A stretch of DNA of 64,000 nucleotides, taken from an uncultured bacterium (GTDB lineage Bacteria > Babelota > Babeliae > Babelales > Babelaceae). The stretch lies in NCBI GenBank assembly GCA_963717435.1, contig OY970332.1:512001-576000 (forward strand), written 5' to 3'. Every line of letters begins with the position of its first letter. The stretch's first letter is position 1. Position numbers and translations under genes: made by a program. This document shows, in pieces, positions 40,322 to 50,156 of the stretch. Below the pieces are notes generated by a model, which was not told the origin of the DNA, ran no database searches, and saw only the letters and a program-made list of their open reading frames with translations.

Positions 40322-42364
40322 ATGTGCGGTATTGCTGGTTTTGCGAACATAAAAAATTCAAAATTTTCAATACAAGATTCACAACTTGATGTTTTACACA
40401 ACTCAATCGCCCACAGGGGCCCTGACGGATTTGGAATCTGGAAATCTGATAAATTTGAAACAGCTTTTGTTCACAGAAGATTAGCGATTGTAGATCTAAC
40501 TTCTGGCGGCCATCAGCCTATGCTAGACGATCAAGAAAAAATAGTAATCACTTTTAATGGTGAGATTTATAATCACGAATCTATTAGAGCAGAACTTGAA
40601 AAACTGGGGCATAATTTCAGATCACGTTCTGATACAGAAGTAATAATTTACGCTTATAAACAGTGGGGGATATCTTGTTTGGATAAACTAGAGGGTATGT
40701 TTGCTTTTAGTTTATTTGATTTGAACAAAAATGAACTTTATCTTATTCGCGATCGAATTGGCGTCAAGCCATTATATTTTAGTTTGCAGAATAATATCTT
40801 AAGTTTTGGCTCAGAAATCAAAGCATTATTTAGTCTAGATTTTGTTGAAAAAATTTTGAGCCCTCAGGGGATTTATCACTATCTTACTTATCTTGTCACC
40901 CCGGCACCATTAACTATTTATCAAGATATATACAAACTTCCCGCTGGGTATTATTTGAAATTAGACTCACAGAAAAATATTAGTTTTGTTAGATGGTATG
41001 ACCCTCTAGCACTGTCTTCCGACGTCCTGCTTCCAGCCGTCGACAAATCCCAACCCGCTCATCCCGAGTGTTCTACGAAGCCTTGGCGAAGTAGAATGTA
41101 TCGAGGGACGCAGGGCGGGCCCGGCGCGCTACCCGAACAATTTTACGCAGATAAACTTCTTGAACTTTTAGACTCGTCAGTAAAAAAGCGACTAATGTCA
41201 GACGTGCCGCTAGGCGTTTTTCTTTCAGGCGGGGTCGATTCGAGTTTGTTATTGGGGCTAATGTCAAGACATACAGACAATTTAAAAAGTTTTAATATAG
41301 CTTTCGATTCTGGGGGCGATTATAACGAACAGAAATACGCACGCAAAATAGCTAATATATTTAAATCGCAACATACAGAACTTGTTATTGGCGAAAAAGA
41401 GGCGTTCGAATTTTACCCCCGCATGATATACTATCAAGACGAGCCTTTGGCGGACTGCGTTTCTATCCCGCTGTATTATATTTCCCAAAGTTTACGTGAT
41501 TCTGGCGCTCGTGTTGTCCTAATCGGTGAGGGGGCAGATGAGCTATTTTTTGGTTATAGCATGTACGCAAAATATCTGCGCGCAAATAATATTTTATCTA
41601 AATTTAATTTTTTACCAGGTAGTTTAAAAAAAATAATAAGTTTATCTGCTTCAAAAATTGCGCCAGAAAAGTATTCTCTTGTAGATCTGCTTGATAACTG
41701 GTCAAAATCCAGGCCCATATTTTATTCTGGTGCCATTGCTTTCCCTGAAAGCATGAAAAAAGAATTTTTTATTGCACAAAATTTTTCAGAAGACCCTATA
41801 ACTTCACAAATTTACCCGGATATATCTCAGGGCTTTGATAGCTATGAATATTTAAATTACCATGCAAAAAATTTTACTAATTCAACACAAATTGGGAATG
41901 ATAATTTTTCTAATCTCATGTTATATCTAGAATTAAAAAACAGACTTCCAGAATTGTTACTAATGCGCGCTGACAAGATGACCATGGCGGCGTCAATAGA
42001 GGGCCGCGAGCCATTTTTGGATCATAGTTTAGTTGAATTTGCTTTTAATATCCCCACAGATTTAAAATACAAAAATGGGACCACAAAATATATTTTGAAA
42101 AAAGCAGCTGAAAAAGTTTTGCCCCATGATATTATTTATCGCAAAAAAGTTGGCTTTGCGGCCCCAACCAAATTGTGGTTTGAAAATGGCAAATATTTTA
42201 AACCATATTTTCAGGATTTACTAACTACAAAAAGAGATTCTATAAAGCAGTATTTTGATATAAATTTTATTGAAAATATGCTCAAACAGCACCAGGATGG
42301 CAGTAAAAATTATGCTGATCAACTTTGGACATTGCAAAATTTATTTAGCCTAGATTGTTTTTAA
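40322..42364 (+). CDS. asnB: Asparagine synthase (glutamine-hydrolysing)-type amidotransferase
   Basis: MCGIAG, HRGPD, FNGEIYNH, RDRIGVKPL, LSGGVDSS, GEGADE, DKMTMAASIEGREPFLD. Confidence 0.93.
   Translation: MCGIAGFANIKNSKFSIQDSQLDVLHNSIAHRGPDGFGIWKSDKFETAFVHRRLAIVDLTSGGHQPMLDDQEKIVITFNGEIYNHESIRAELEKLGHNFRSRSDTEVIIYAYKQWGISCLDKLEGMFAFSLFDLNKNELYLIRDRIGVKPLYFSLQNNILSFGSEIKALFSLDFVEKILSPQGIYHYLTYLVTPAPLTIYQDIYKLPAGYYLKLDSQKNISFVRWYDPLALSSDVLLPAVDKSQPAHPECSTKPWRSRMYRGTQGGPGALPEQFYADKLLELLDSSVKKRLMSDVPLGVFLSGGVDSSLLLGLMSRHTDNLKSFNIAFDSGGDYNEQKYARKIANIFKSQHTELVIGEKEAFEFYPRMIYYQDEPLADCVSIPLYYISQSLRDSGARVVLIGEGADELFFGYSMYAKYLRANNILSKFNFLPGSLKKIISLSASKIAPEKYSLVDLLDNWSKSRPIFYSGAIAFPESMKKEFFIAQNFSEDPITSQIYPDISQGFDSYEYLNYHAKNFTNSTQIGNDNFSNLMLYLELKNRLPELLLMRADKMTMAASIEGREPFLDHSLVEFAFNIPTDLKYKNGTTKYILKKAAEKVLPHDIIYRKKVGFAAPTKLWFENGKYFKPYFQDLLTTKRDSIKQYFDINFIENMLKQHQDGSKNYADQLWTLQNLFSLDCF
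41054..41119 (+). repeat. Palindromic repeat copy 6 (in-frame within asnB)
   Basis: cccgctca-TCCC-gagtg-ttctacgaagccttggcgaagtagaa-tgtatcga-GGGA-cgcagggcggg; encodes PAHPECSTKPWRSRMYRGTQGG. Confidence 0.92.
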
Positions 42365-43395
42365 GTTTATTTATGCTTGTACAAGAACACAGTTACTCGA
42401 AAAATATTTATAATCAAAAAATATTAATATTTGGTCCCAAGTCTCCACCAATTGGCGGCGTATCCGTGCATATTGAAAGAGTTTCTGAAGTTTACCAAAA
42501 AAATAATAATTTAATTGAGTTATTTGATTGCACAACTGAGATTACTGGGCAAAATAAATTTTCTTATGCTCTTAAAATTTTTAAACTAATAAATAAATTT
42601 AAGCCCGATATTATCGATTATCACACCAGTTTTTTGAAGTATTATATTCCCGAGTTATTTATTTTAGTTTTATTAAAAATATTTTTTAAATTTAAAATAA
42701 ATATTATTGATCATGACCCAAGATATTTATATAAAAAAACTTATTTTCAAAAAAAAATATTAAATTTTTTGAAAATATTTATCGACCAGCAGATTATTAT
42801 AGGCAGTTCAACGTATCAGAGTTATCTAGATAACAAGATTAAGTTAAGAAAAAATTTCTCGATTCAGTCACCATTTTTGCCTCCAGGGGACTTTCAGCTT
42901 CAAGATTTACTTAAAACTTATCCTGAAAGCTTATTTAAATTTATAAACTCGCACAAAAAAATAATACTAATGAACGCATTTAATATCGGATTGCTGGAAA
43001 GTGGCCAAGACCTATACGGGGTCGATGTTGCCATAGATTTAGTTAAATTTTTAAATTCAGATCTTGCTTTTGTTAATCAAATTGGGCTAGTTTTGCTTTA
43101 TCAAACTTGTGACGAAAAATATTTGAGTGTGATAAAAGATAAAATAAGAAATTTAAACCTAAAAAATAATATATATTTTCTTAAAGGCAATTATATTTTG
43201 TGGCCACTATTTTCAAAAGCAACAATATTTATAAGACCAACAAGAAGTGATAGTTGGGGGATAAGTATAGAGGAGAGTTTATATTTTGGCGTTCCAGCTG
43301 TAGCAAGCGATGTTTGCCAAAGGCCAAAAGGTGCGATACTTTTTGATGTTAATAACGAACAGGATTTTCATAAAAAAGTTTATAATTGTTTATAA
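42355..43395 (+). CDS. Glycosyltransferase family 4 (GT-B)
   Basis: PPIGGVSVH, FIRPTRSDSWGISIEESLYFGVPAVASD; start uncertain (ATG 42373 possible). Confidence 0.82.
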   Translation: MFLSLFMLVQEHSYSKNIYNQKILIFGPKSPPIGGVSVHIERVSEVYQKNNNLIELFDCTTEITGQNKFSYALKIFKLINKFKPDIIDYHTSFLKYYIPELFILVLLKIFFKFKINIIDHDPRYLYKKTYFQKKILNFLKIFIDQQIIIGSSTYQSYLDNKIKLRKNFSIQSPFLPPGDFQLQDLLKTYPESLFKFINSHKKIILMNAFNIGLLESGQDLYGVDVAIDLVKFLNSDLAFVNQIGLVLLYQTCDEKYLSVIKDKIRNLNLKNNIYFLKGNYILWPLFSKATIFIRPTRSDSWGISIEESLYFGVPAVASDVCQRPKGAILFDVNNEQDFHKKVYNCL

Positions 43396-43424
43396 TTATT
43401 TGAGTTTAATAAAAAGGCAAAGTT

Positions 43425-44339
43425 ATGAGCGCAATACTGACCAGCGTGATATTATGCACTAGAAATCGACCCGATGACGTTAAACAATTTTTGCAATCTT
43501 TGATCAAACAGACTTGTCCCCCCAACGAATTAATAGTGGTAGATAGCAGCACGGATCCGCTTAATTTGAATCCTGAGTTTAATAGTTTATTTGATAATAA
43601 AAATTTTCCCGAAACTAAACTAATTTATAAACACTCTGACCCGGGTCTTACGTTGCAACGCAATATAGGCATAAGTTTGACCCACGCAGAGGTCATATAC
43701 TTTTTTGACGACGACACTGTTTTAAGTCCAACTTATATTTCCGAAATGAATGATGTTTTTATAAATCATCCGGAATATGGCGGAGGGATGGGTTGTGTTA
43801 CAAATTTGGAACCCAAAAAGACTGGGCTTGGAAGAATCTTTAGGCAGTTTTTCTTACTACAGAGAGATTATTCTTCTGGTAAATTTACAGCTTCAGGTAT
43901 GCCAACACACACTTATGGTATTACAAAATTTCGCGATATACAGGTTCTTGGTGGCTGTTGCATGGCTTATAGATCTTATGTATTTTTCAAAAACAAGTTT
44001 GATGAAAAATTGAGATTTTATGGCGCTATGGAAGATTGCGATTTTTCCAAGCGCGTATCACAAAATTGCAAACTTTTTTATAATCCCGATGCAAAACTCC
44101 AGCATTTGCAAAGTCCAATAAATCGCGACAAAATAGAAGATTTATCTGCCATGTATATTAAAAATTATTCTTATTTGTTTTTTAAAAATTTTTATCCAGA
44201 AAATAGACTAAGAATTTTTGCTTATTACTGGAGCGTACTGGGCTTAATTTTAGAGTCTAAAATTTTAAAACAAGAAGATAAGTTTAGGGGTTATTTGCGA
44301 GGCCTAAAAGAATATGGGATCAGAGAAAAGAATATTTAA
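43425..44339 (+). CDS. Glycosyltransferase family 2
   Basis: SVILCTRNR, IVVDSS, QRNIG, FFDDD, EDCDFS. Confidence 0.9.
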   Translation: MSAILTSVILCTRNRPDDVKQFLQSLIKQTCPPNELIVVDSSTDPLNLNPEFNSLFDNKNFPETKLIYKHSDPGLTLQRNIGISLTHAEVIYFFDDDTVLSPTYISEMNDVFINHPEYGGGMGCVTNLEPKKTGLGRIFRQFFLLQRDYSSGKFTASGMPTHTYGITKFRDIQVLGGCCMAYRSYVFFKNKFDEKLRFYGAMEDCDFSKRVSQNCKLFYNPDAKLQHLQSPINRDKIEDLSAMYIKNYSYLFFKNFYPENRLRIFAYYWSVLGLILESKILKQEDKFRGYLRGLKEYGIREKNI

Positions 44340-44413
44340 ATTTATTTTAAAAAGCCACAAAAACATTATACTTAAGCATATTTTTTAATATCTTAATTAT
44401 ATTTTGGGGTGTC

Positions 44414-44833
44414 ATGAAAAAAGTTTTTTTGTTACTTTCGTTTTTGTTTGCCACATTTTCATCTTCTTGCATGAATCATCTGAGCGATGTGGATTGTCAT
44501 ATTAAATTTATTGTTTCTGGCAATAAGCATGAAACTCACATGAACACGGGTGATGCATCAATATGGTGGGGAGAGCCGCGCCCTCTTGGAGAGTTTGACT
44601 TCTCTGTTGATATTTATGATTCAGGATCTTTTGCTATTTTGCAATTTAAGATATTCAAACAATCTCAGAATGGGGACAGATCTTTAATCGCGCGGCAAAA
44701 AATCCAGGCAAATTGGGATATGTTGCATAGAGAAATGATTTTTTACTTGGATATCGATAATAAAACCCAAAAGAGTTTTGTCTTAGAAGTAACCGCAACC
44801 AGAAAGCAGCAATCTGAAGTTCTAACAAACTAA
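44414..44833 (+). CDS. Secreted hypothetical protein
   Basis: Signal peptide, beta-rich mature part. Confidence 0.6.
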   Translation: MKKVFLLLSFLFATFSSSCMNHLSDVDCHIKFIVSGNKHETHMNTGDASIWWGEPRPLGEFDFSVDIYDSGSFAILQFKIFKQSQNGDRSLIARQKIQANWDMLHREMIFYLDIDNKTQKSFVLEVTATRKQQSEVLTN

Positions 44834-44843
44834 ATTTTAATTC

Positions 44844-45203
44844 TTAATTGTAAAATTCGTTCCAGGCTGTACCGAAAAGCGAACTTAAAGTGTTGTCCGC
44901 GATCAAGTCGATCGAATGTTGATCGTTTGCTATCGCAAATTTGTGTATGGCAGCAAAACCTTCAAACAATTCTTGTATTAGATGTTGTGGGTCTCCCGGC
45001 CATCTGCTATTTCCAGCTTTGTTTCGATTTTGATAAAATTCTTTTAATAATTTTTTATTTTGAAAAAAAATTGCCGCATCCTCAAAAGTCGGCGCGCCTT
45101 TGGCAATAACTTTTTCTATGGTTAATTTAGATGTAAAAATATTAGTGCTGCCCAAGGTAAGTATCGCAAATAGAAATTTGTATAAATTCATAAACTGTTC
45201 CAT
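44844..45203 (-). CDS. Secreted hypothetical protein
   Basis: Signal-peptide-like N-terminus, 119 aa. Confidence 0.55.
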   Translation of the reverse strand: MEQFMNLYKFLFAILTLGSTNIFTSKLTIEKVIAKGAPTFEDAAIFFQNKKLLKEFYQNRNKAGNSRWPGDPQHLIQELFEGFAAIHKFAIANDQHSIDLIADNTLSSLFGTAWNEFYN

Positions 45204-45307
45204 ACGTTATTTTGTAAAAAATATGATAGTTATTTTAAATTATAAATTCTCAAAAAACCAGCTAATTTAAAGTTTTTTTTTAATAATAATAAAAAATTTT
45301 AAGTTTT

Positions 45308-46641
45308 TTATTTAGTAGATAATTCGACTCTATCGTGCGTTATGTAATTACTTTCAGTCAGAACTTTATTTCCATAATAAATTGTAACTGCAAAATAGAT
45401 TGCATAGGAAAATGTTGTTGAAGAAACTGCCCCATAGGCGCCGAATTTTGGAACCAATAGCAAGTTTAAAAAAATATTTAAAGTTGCGGGTATACAAAAA
45501 GACAAAGACAGAAACTTTGTCTTCTTTTTAAACTGTATAATACTGCAGGAAAAATATGTCCCCATTAAGAAAATATAGCCGATTAGCAGTGGCCACAAAT
45601 AGTTGGTTACTTGAAGATATTGTGGTGGTAAAACAAAATTTAATATTTTTTTTGCTACAAAAAACCCAAAAGTTATAACCAAAAATATTCCCATCATGCT
45701 GGCCCACATGATTTTTCTGTTTTTTTGTTCTATAAATAAAAGATTATTTTTGTTTTTTGCAAAACTTTCAAAAAGTTCAGGCAAATAAGAGCCACTTAAT
45801 GGCTGCAGAATTAGTAAATAAAAAAGTTGTCCAAGACTATCTGTTAAAGAATAGATCCCAACCTCATGCATGCTGCAGTATCTTGATAGAATTATTTTAT
45901 CGCAGGAAGATAGCACCCATGCAAAAATCATGCCGGGAATAAACGGCGCGCCGGAGTATATATATTTCTTAATTAATTCAAAATCTATTTTGTATAACCC
46001 TGCTCTTATACTTGCAGTTATAGTTAAATTTGCTTTTCGCTTTAAATACTCATAAATTGCAAATAAAGCTGGGATAATTAGCGCGATTAAGTTAGCAAGT
46101 GCGATCCCAATGATATTGAATTCAAAGTATAATACTAAAATTAAATTTGAAGTTATAGACAGTATGGCACTTGAAATTTGCACGAACGTACAATAAAAAG
46201 CTTTATGTTGATATCTTAGTATCTGAAAAAAAGCTCAGAAAAAAACGAAAAGAAACAAGTTAATAGAGAAATAAATATTAAATTGGTTGTTGCTGCATTT
46301 AAAAAATAAAGCTTATTTATTGTGGGTATTGAAAAAAACAAAATAAAAATTATTGGCACAGAAACCAAAAGATAAACTGTGACTATATCAATCAAGATTT
46401 TTTTTCTACTGCTATTATCGTGATGGAAAAAATCTAGCCAGAGGGCTTGTCTTAGGCCAAGTCCCAAGAAAATTGCTAGCACTGTTGAAAAGCTGGTCGC
46501 CAAAGAAAAAATGCCATATTGTGCTGGGCTTATAACTTTTAAATTTAATGGTATAACTATTGCCTGTGCTAATTTTAAAAAAATAGCGCCGCCAGAATAT
46601 ATAAAAAAATTTTTTATAATATTTTTATAGGTTAGTGACAT
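45308..46641 (-). CDS. Polysaccharide flippase (Wzx/MOP family), split by a 1-nt frameshift
   Basis: IKNFFIY..., YGIFSL, DKIILS..EVGIYS, LNIFLNLLLVPKFGAYGA; one extra base in the run at 46226-46232 joins the two ORFs. Confidence 0.85.
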
Positions 46642-46674
46642 TTATTATTCCCAAAATTAAGAAAGATAAAAATC

Positions 46675-47082
46675 ATGTTTAATTATAAATCAAAAACCGT
46701 GGAACAGTTGTTAAGATACATGTTAGTTGGCGGCGCTGCAACATTGATCGATTTGTCTCTATTCTCAATTTTGATATATATCTATTCTATGCATTATAAT
46801 ATTGCGATAGTTGCCGGCTTTTTTGTGGGAGTATTTGTTAATTTCATGCTTTGCAACGCATTTGTTTTTAGTCGTGGAAAGATATCATTCAGAAATGCTT
46901 TAGCGCGCCATTATGCAGCAAGTATGGCAGGGTTTGTGATCAATTTTACTTTATTTCAATTTTGGCAAGAAGCTGTAGTCTCAGACAGGCCAGTTTTGGG
47001 CAGAATCGTGGTTGCCGCATTAACTTTCGTGTTTAATTTTTTTGCATTTAAAAGATTTTCTTTTTTGGAGCATCGTGTCTAA
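46675..47082 (+). CDS. GtrA-family membrane protein
   Basis: RYMLVGGAATLID, NF...FVF, four TM helices. Confidence 0.85.
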   Translation: MFNYKSKTVEQLLRYMLVGGAATLIDLSLFSILIYIYSMHYNIAIVAGFFVGVFVNFMLCNAFVFSRGKISFRNALARHYAASMAGFVINFTLFQFWQEAVVSDRPVLGRIVVAALTFVFNFFAFKRFSFLEHRV

Positions 47083-47098
47083 CCGGTCTAATATTTTT

Positions 47099-47716
47099 TT
47101 AAGCTTGGTTTTCTCTTCTTCTTGCAACCATTATTGCAATAAACAGAGTAGATAATATTATTAGTAAAACATAAAAAAGATTTACGGCGCCCGTTAATTT
47201 TCCTACAAGAGTATAATGTGCCATAAATAAGCAATATAATCCGCCTAAAACCAAACCTATAGCCACTGGAATAGTTTTAATCGCCGTTCCAAACAGAAAC
47301 GAAGTTGTCCCGGCAAGTAAAGCAGCGTAAAACAGAGTTGTCTCGTGCCACAGGATCGCAGGCATAATTTTTTCGTCAATTATTTTTTCTTTTTCTTTAA
47401 GTTCTTTTTTCAGTTCTGCTTTTATTTTTTTTGCCTCTTCTATTTCATCTAAGATTATTTTTTGATTATTTTTATAATCTGAGCTTGTATATTTTACACT
47501 TGTATAAGCTTTATCCAGCTCTTTAATTTTATCTTTTAGTTTATTGATTTTTTTTCTCAGTTTATCGACATCTTTAAATTCTTGAACGTTTTCCAAGTTT
47601 GGTTTTGGTGCAAGCGCCACTACAAATTTGTAAATAGCGACTGGAATTATTGCGCCAATTAAAAGTCCCAGTAATAATTGTCTTTTTAGATATATCAATA
47701 TAAGTTTTATTTCCAT
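47099..47716 (-). CDS. Membrane protein with coiled-coil loop (paralog of the upstream gene)
   Basis: TM - Lys/Glu coiled coil - three TM; GLVLGG motif. Confidence 0.7.
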   Translation of the reverse strand: MEIKLILIYLKRQLLLGLLIGAIIPVAIYKFVVALAPKPNLENVQEFKDVDKLRKKINKLKDKIKELDKAYTSVKYTSSDYKNNQKIILDEIEEAKKIKAELKKELKEKEKIIDEKIMPAILWHETTLFYAALLAGTTSFLFGTAIKTIPVAIGLVLGGLYCLFMAHYTLVGKLTGAVNLFYVLLIILSTLFIAIMVARRRENQA

Positions 47717-47717
47717 A

Positions 47718-48356
47718 TTAGCCCCTACTTTTTGACTGTTTATTTTTCTTGGTATCTTCTTCTTGATATAATTTGTAGGTTACAAATATTACAAGTGCCA
47801 GCAGAACCAAAATTTGAACCAACTTTGTTATATCGCTTAAGTCTTGCCAATAACTTAAGTTCCCTAAAATTATAGAAAATACCCCACCCATAATAAGACC
47901 AGATTTTACTGCGCTTATTTTTATAAATATCCCAGATAAAATTGCCAAAATCCCAATAAACTGTGATATATAAAATAAAGCTTTTTTTGATGTATTTGCT
48001 GAATCGCCATATTTTTTACCAAAATCATCTTCTTTTTCTTTGCGCAGATTTTTTAAGTTTTTTATATCCTTTTTAACTTCTAGTATTTCGTTTTTGAGAT
48101 TATTTATTTTTGATCGATCTTGAAATTCTTCAGATTTAAGCAAAGATATTTCAAGCTCTTCCAGATTATTTTTTTTATCTTTTAATTTGGTAATTTTCTT
48201 AGAGATTTTGTTTATTTCTATATATTCGGGCGATAGATATATATTAAAATTGGGGTTTAATATTAAAGCTAGATAATAACCAAATGCGGGAATTAAAAGG
48301 GCTATAGTGAAATTCAAAAGCAAGTTTCTAGTGCTTGCTGCCATCTTATCGCTCAT
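47718..48356 (-). CDS. Membrane protein with coiled-coil loop
   Basis: Same topology as 47099..47716; GLIMGG motif; GGAG RBS before ATG 48356. Confidence 0.7.
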   Translation of the reverse strand: MSDKMAASTRNLLLNFTIALLIPAFGYYLALILNPNFNIYLSPEYIEINKISKKITKLKDKKNNLEELEISLLKSEEFQDRSKINNLKNEILEVKKDIKNLKNLRKEKEDDFGKKYGDSANTSKKALFYISQFIGILAILSGIFIKISAVKSGLIMGGVFSIILGNLSYWQDLSDITKLVQILVLLALVIFVTYKLYQEEDTKKNKQSKSRG

Positions 48357-48663
48357 ATAGTCTCCAGAATTAAAGTTTATCGACAAATAAGTTCTTCGAC
48401 ATTCTAATTCATGGGGTCCAATATTAGCAATAAATTATTGCCAATAATTTATGAATTATAAATTTAGCGTATTTAGGCACTTGCATTCTGATCTTTTTTA
48501 GAACATAATTTAAACAAGCAGTTGAAAAATGTCCGTACTTATAAGCAAATTTACTTAAATTGGTGCCTGTCGCCTTGTATCAATTTGTAATTTGAATTAT
48601 AATAAATCCCATAAGTAAGATCATTTAAAATTTTTAACTTTTTTTATTCGTAAGAAGTTTCAT

Positions 48664-49095
48664 ATGTTTTCAAAAATAAAATTTTTTCTACTTCCCCTAA
48701 TTTCAGCTGCACTATTTTCTAATATTAATTCTTGCTACCAATGTACAGGTTTTTTCTCAGACTGTTCTAGCTCAAAGCAAAGCTCTCAAGATGACAAATA
48801 TGCATCTAATTCACATGTTCCAGATTATGAAATTCGCGCACCGAAGGAAGACTCGCATTTGTTGGAAGCGATGGAAGCTCTTAAAATTTTTGGTGGCACA
48901 GGACTTGCTGAAAAAATGAGTTATGATGACGCTGTCCAGTTAGGAAAAGCGATCAGAAAAGCAATAAAAAAACAGCAAGAGTCTGGCAAAGAAGAAAGAA
49001 CAGGGATTAAAATACGTGCAACTGGATCTGCAGATAATTCCGGCTCGGTTTCGCCGACCATTGGGACACCTCCAAATGAATTTGACAAAAAATAA
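48664..49095 (+). CDS. Secreted hypothetical protein
   Basis: Signal peptide; terminator downstream. Confidence 0.6.
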   Translation: MFSKIKFFLLPLISAALFSNINSCYQCTGFFSDCSSSKQSSQDDKYASNSHVPDYEIRAPKEDSHLLEAMEALKIFGGTGLAEKMSYDDAVQLGKAIRKAIKKQQESGKEERTGIKIRATGSADNSGSVSPTIGTPPNEFDKK

Positions 49096-49120
49096 AAAAA
49101 TAAATTAGTTAAAAATAATA

Positions 49121-49148
49121 AAAATAGCCTGATTTTTCAGGCTATTTT
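49121..49148. terminator. Bidirectional terminator
   Basis: aaaatagcctga-tttt-tcaggctatttt between convergent genes. Confidence 0.8.
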
Positions 49149-49178
49149 TATGCTCTAAATTTTAAGTTATTTTCTGTA

Positions 49179-50123
49179 TTATTCGTTTTCAACTATCGCT
49201 TTTGGTCTAGGCGTGTAAAGTTTTAAAACCTTATTGGCAACAAATCCCATTTTTTCCAATTTTTTAATCATCTCTTCGCTTGTGACGTCTACTGCGATTG
49301 TCACTTTATCGCAGTCTTTGTTTATAGCTTTATAGCAAAGTTCAATTATCATTTCTTTTTTATATTTATTCCAATCTCCACCTTCAATCCCAGGGCTTTT
49401 CATTGTTTGAATTACATCCAAATAAGCAGCGCGTTCTTCGTTTCCTTCAAGACTTGGGAACTCTATTATTCCTGTGACTATTGGTCTCTCGTTATGGGGC
49501 TCATCAAATTTGTAATATCCAACATAGCCTCGCACCAAGTCTTTTTTGTCTATTTTTGTAATATCAAATTTTGAATAATATTCTTTTACTGTGTTTGGCA
49601 ATTGAGAATTGCTCTCCTGTATTAATTCGAAATCGCCGAGTGTTTCTTTGCTCTTTGCTCTCGCGAGTTTCAGGTCAGTTTCAATAATATCTTCTGGCCT
49701 ATATCCTTCCAAGTTTTTTGTCATGGAAATAAAACTTGCGCATTGCAACAAGCCATTTTCTTTTAGAGATTCTTCCAGTTTTTTCGATTCTTCAGATTCA
49801 ATTAAATACCAAAGACAGGGTCTGTTTTTTTCTGTAAAATAACCAACTATTTCTTCGACCTTTTCTTCAGATATATTTTTTGCGCCCGCAAAAACGTAGT
49901 TATATATTGGGTTATCAATTCCAGAATCTACCCATATTAAATCGTTATTTTTCGTAATTTGTGCCCCGAAGACCCTCTGGGGAAAATATACCATGTATTC
50001 TCTCATAAGGGACGTTAGAGCCCGCTCATTCGAAGAAGTTTCTTCTTCTTTGAGATTTTTATCCATGGGCACAATATTTGGTGCAACGACAAAAATTAAA
50101 CTTAGGGATAATAATTTTTTCAT
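49179..50123 (-). CDS. Secreted protein with GNAT-like fold
   Basis: Signal peptide; YNYV...PCLWY...LKENGL...SM N-domain and LEKMGF C-terminal GNAT motif. Confidence 0.55.
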   Translation of the reverse strand: MKKLLSLSLIFVVAPNIVPMDKNLKEEETSSNERALTSLMREYMVYFPQRVFGAQITKNNDLIWVDSGIDNPIYNYVFAGAKNISEEKVEEIVGYFTEKNRPCLWYLIESEESKKLEESLKENGLLQCASFISMTKNLEGYRPEDIIETDLKLARAKSKETLGDFELIQESNSQLPNTVKEYYSKFDITKIDKKDLVRGYVGYYKFDEPHNERPIVTGIIEFPSLEGNEERAAYLDVIQTMKSPGIEGGDWNKYKKEMIIELCYKAINKDCDKVTIAVDVTSEEMIKKLEKMGFVANKVLKLYTPRPKAIVENE

Positions 50124-50156
50124 AATTTCTCCTAAAAAATTAAAAGCTATAAAAAC

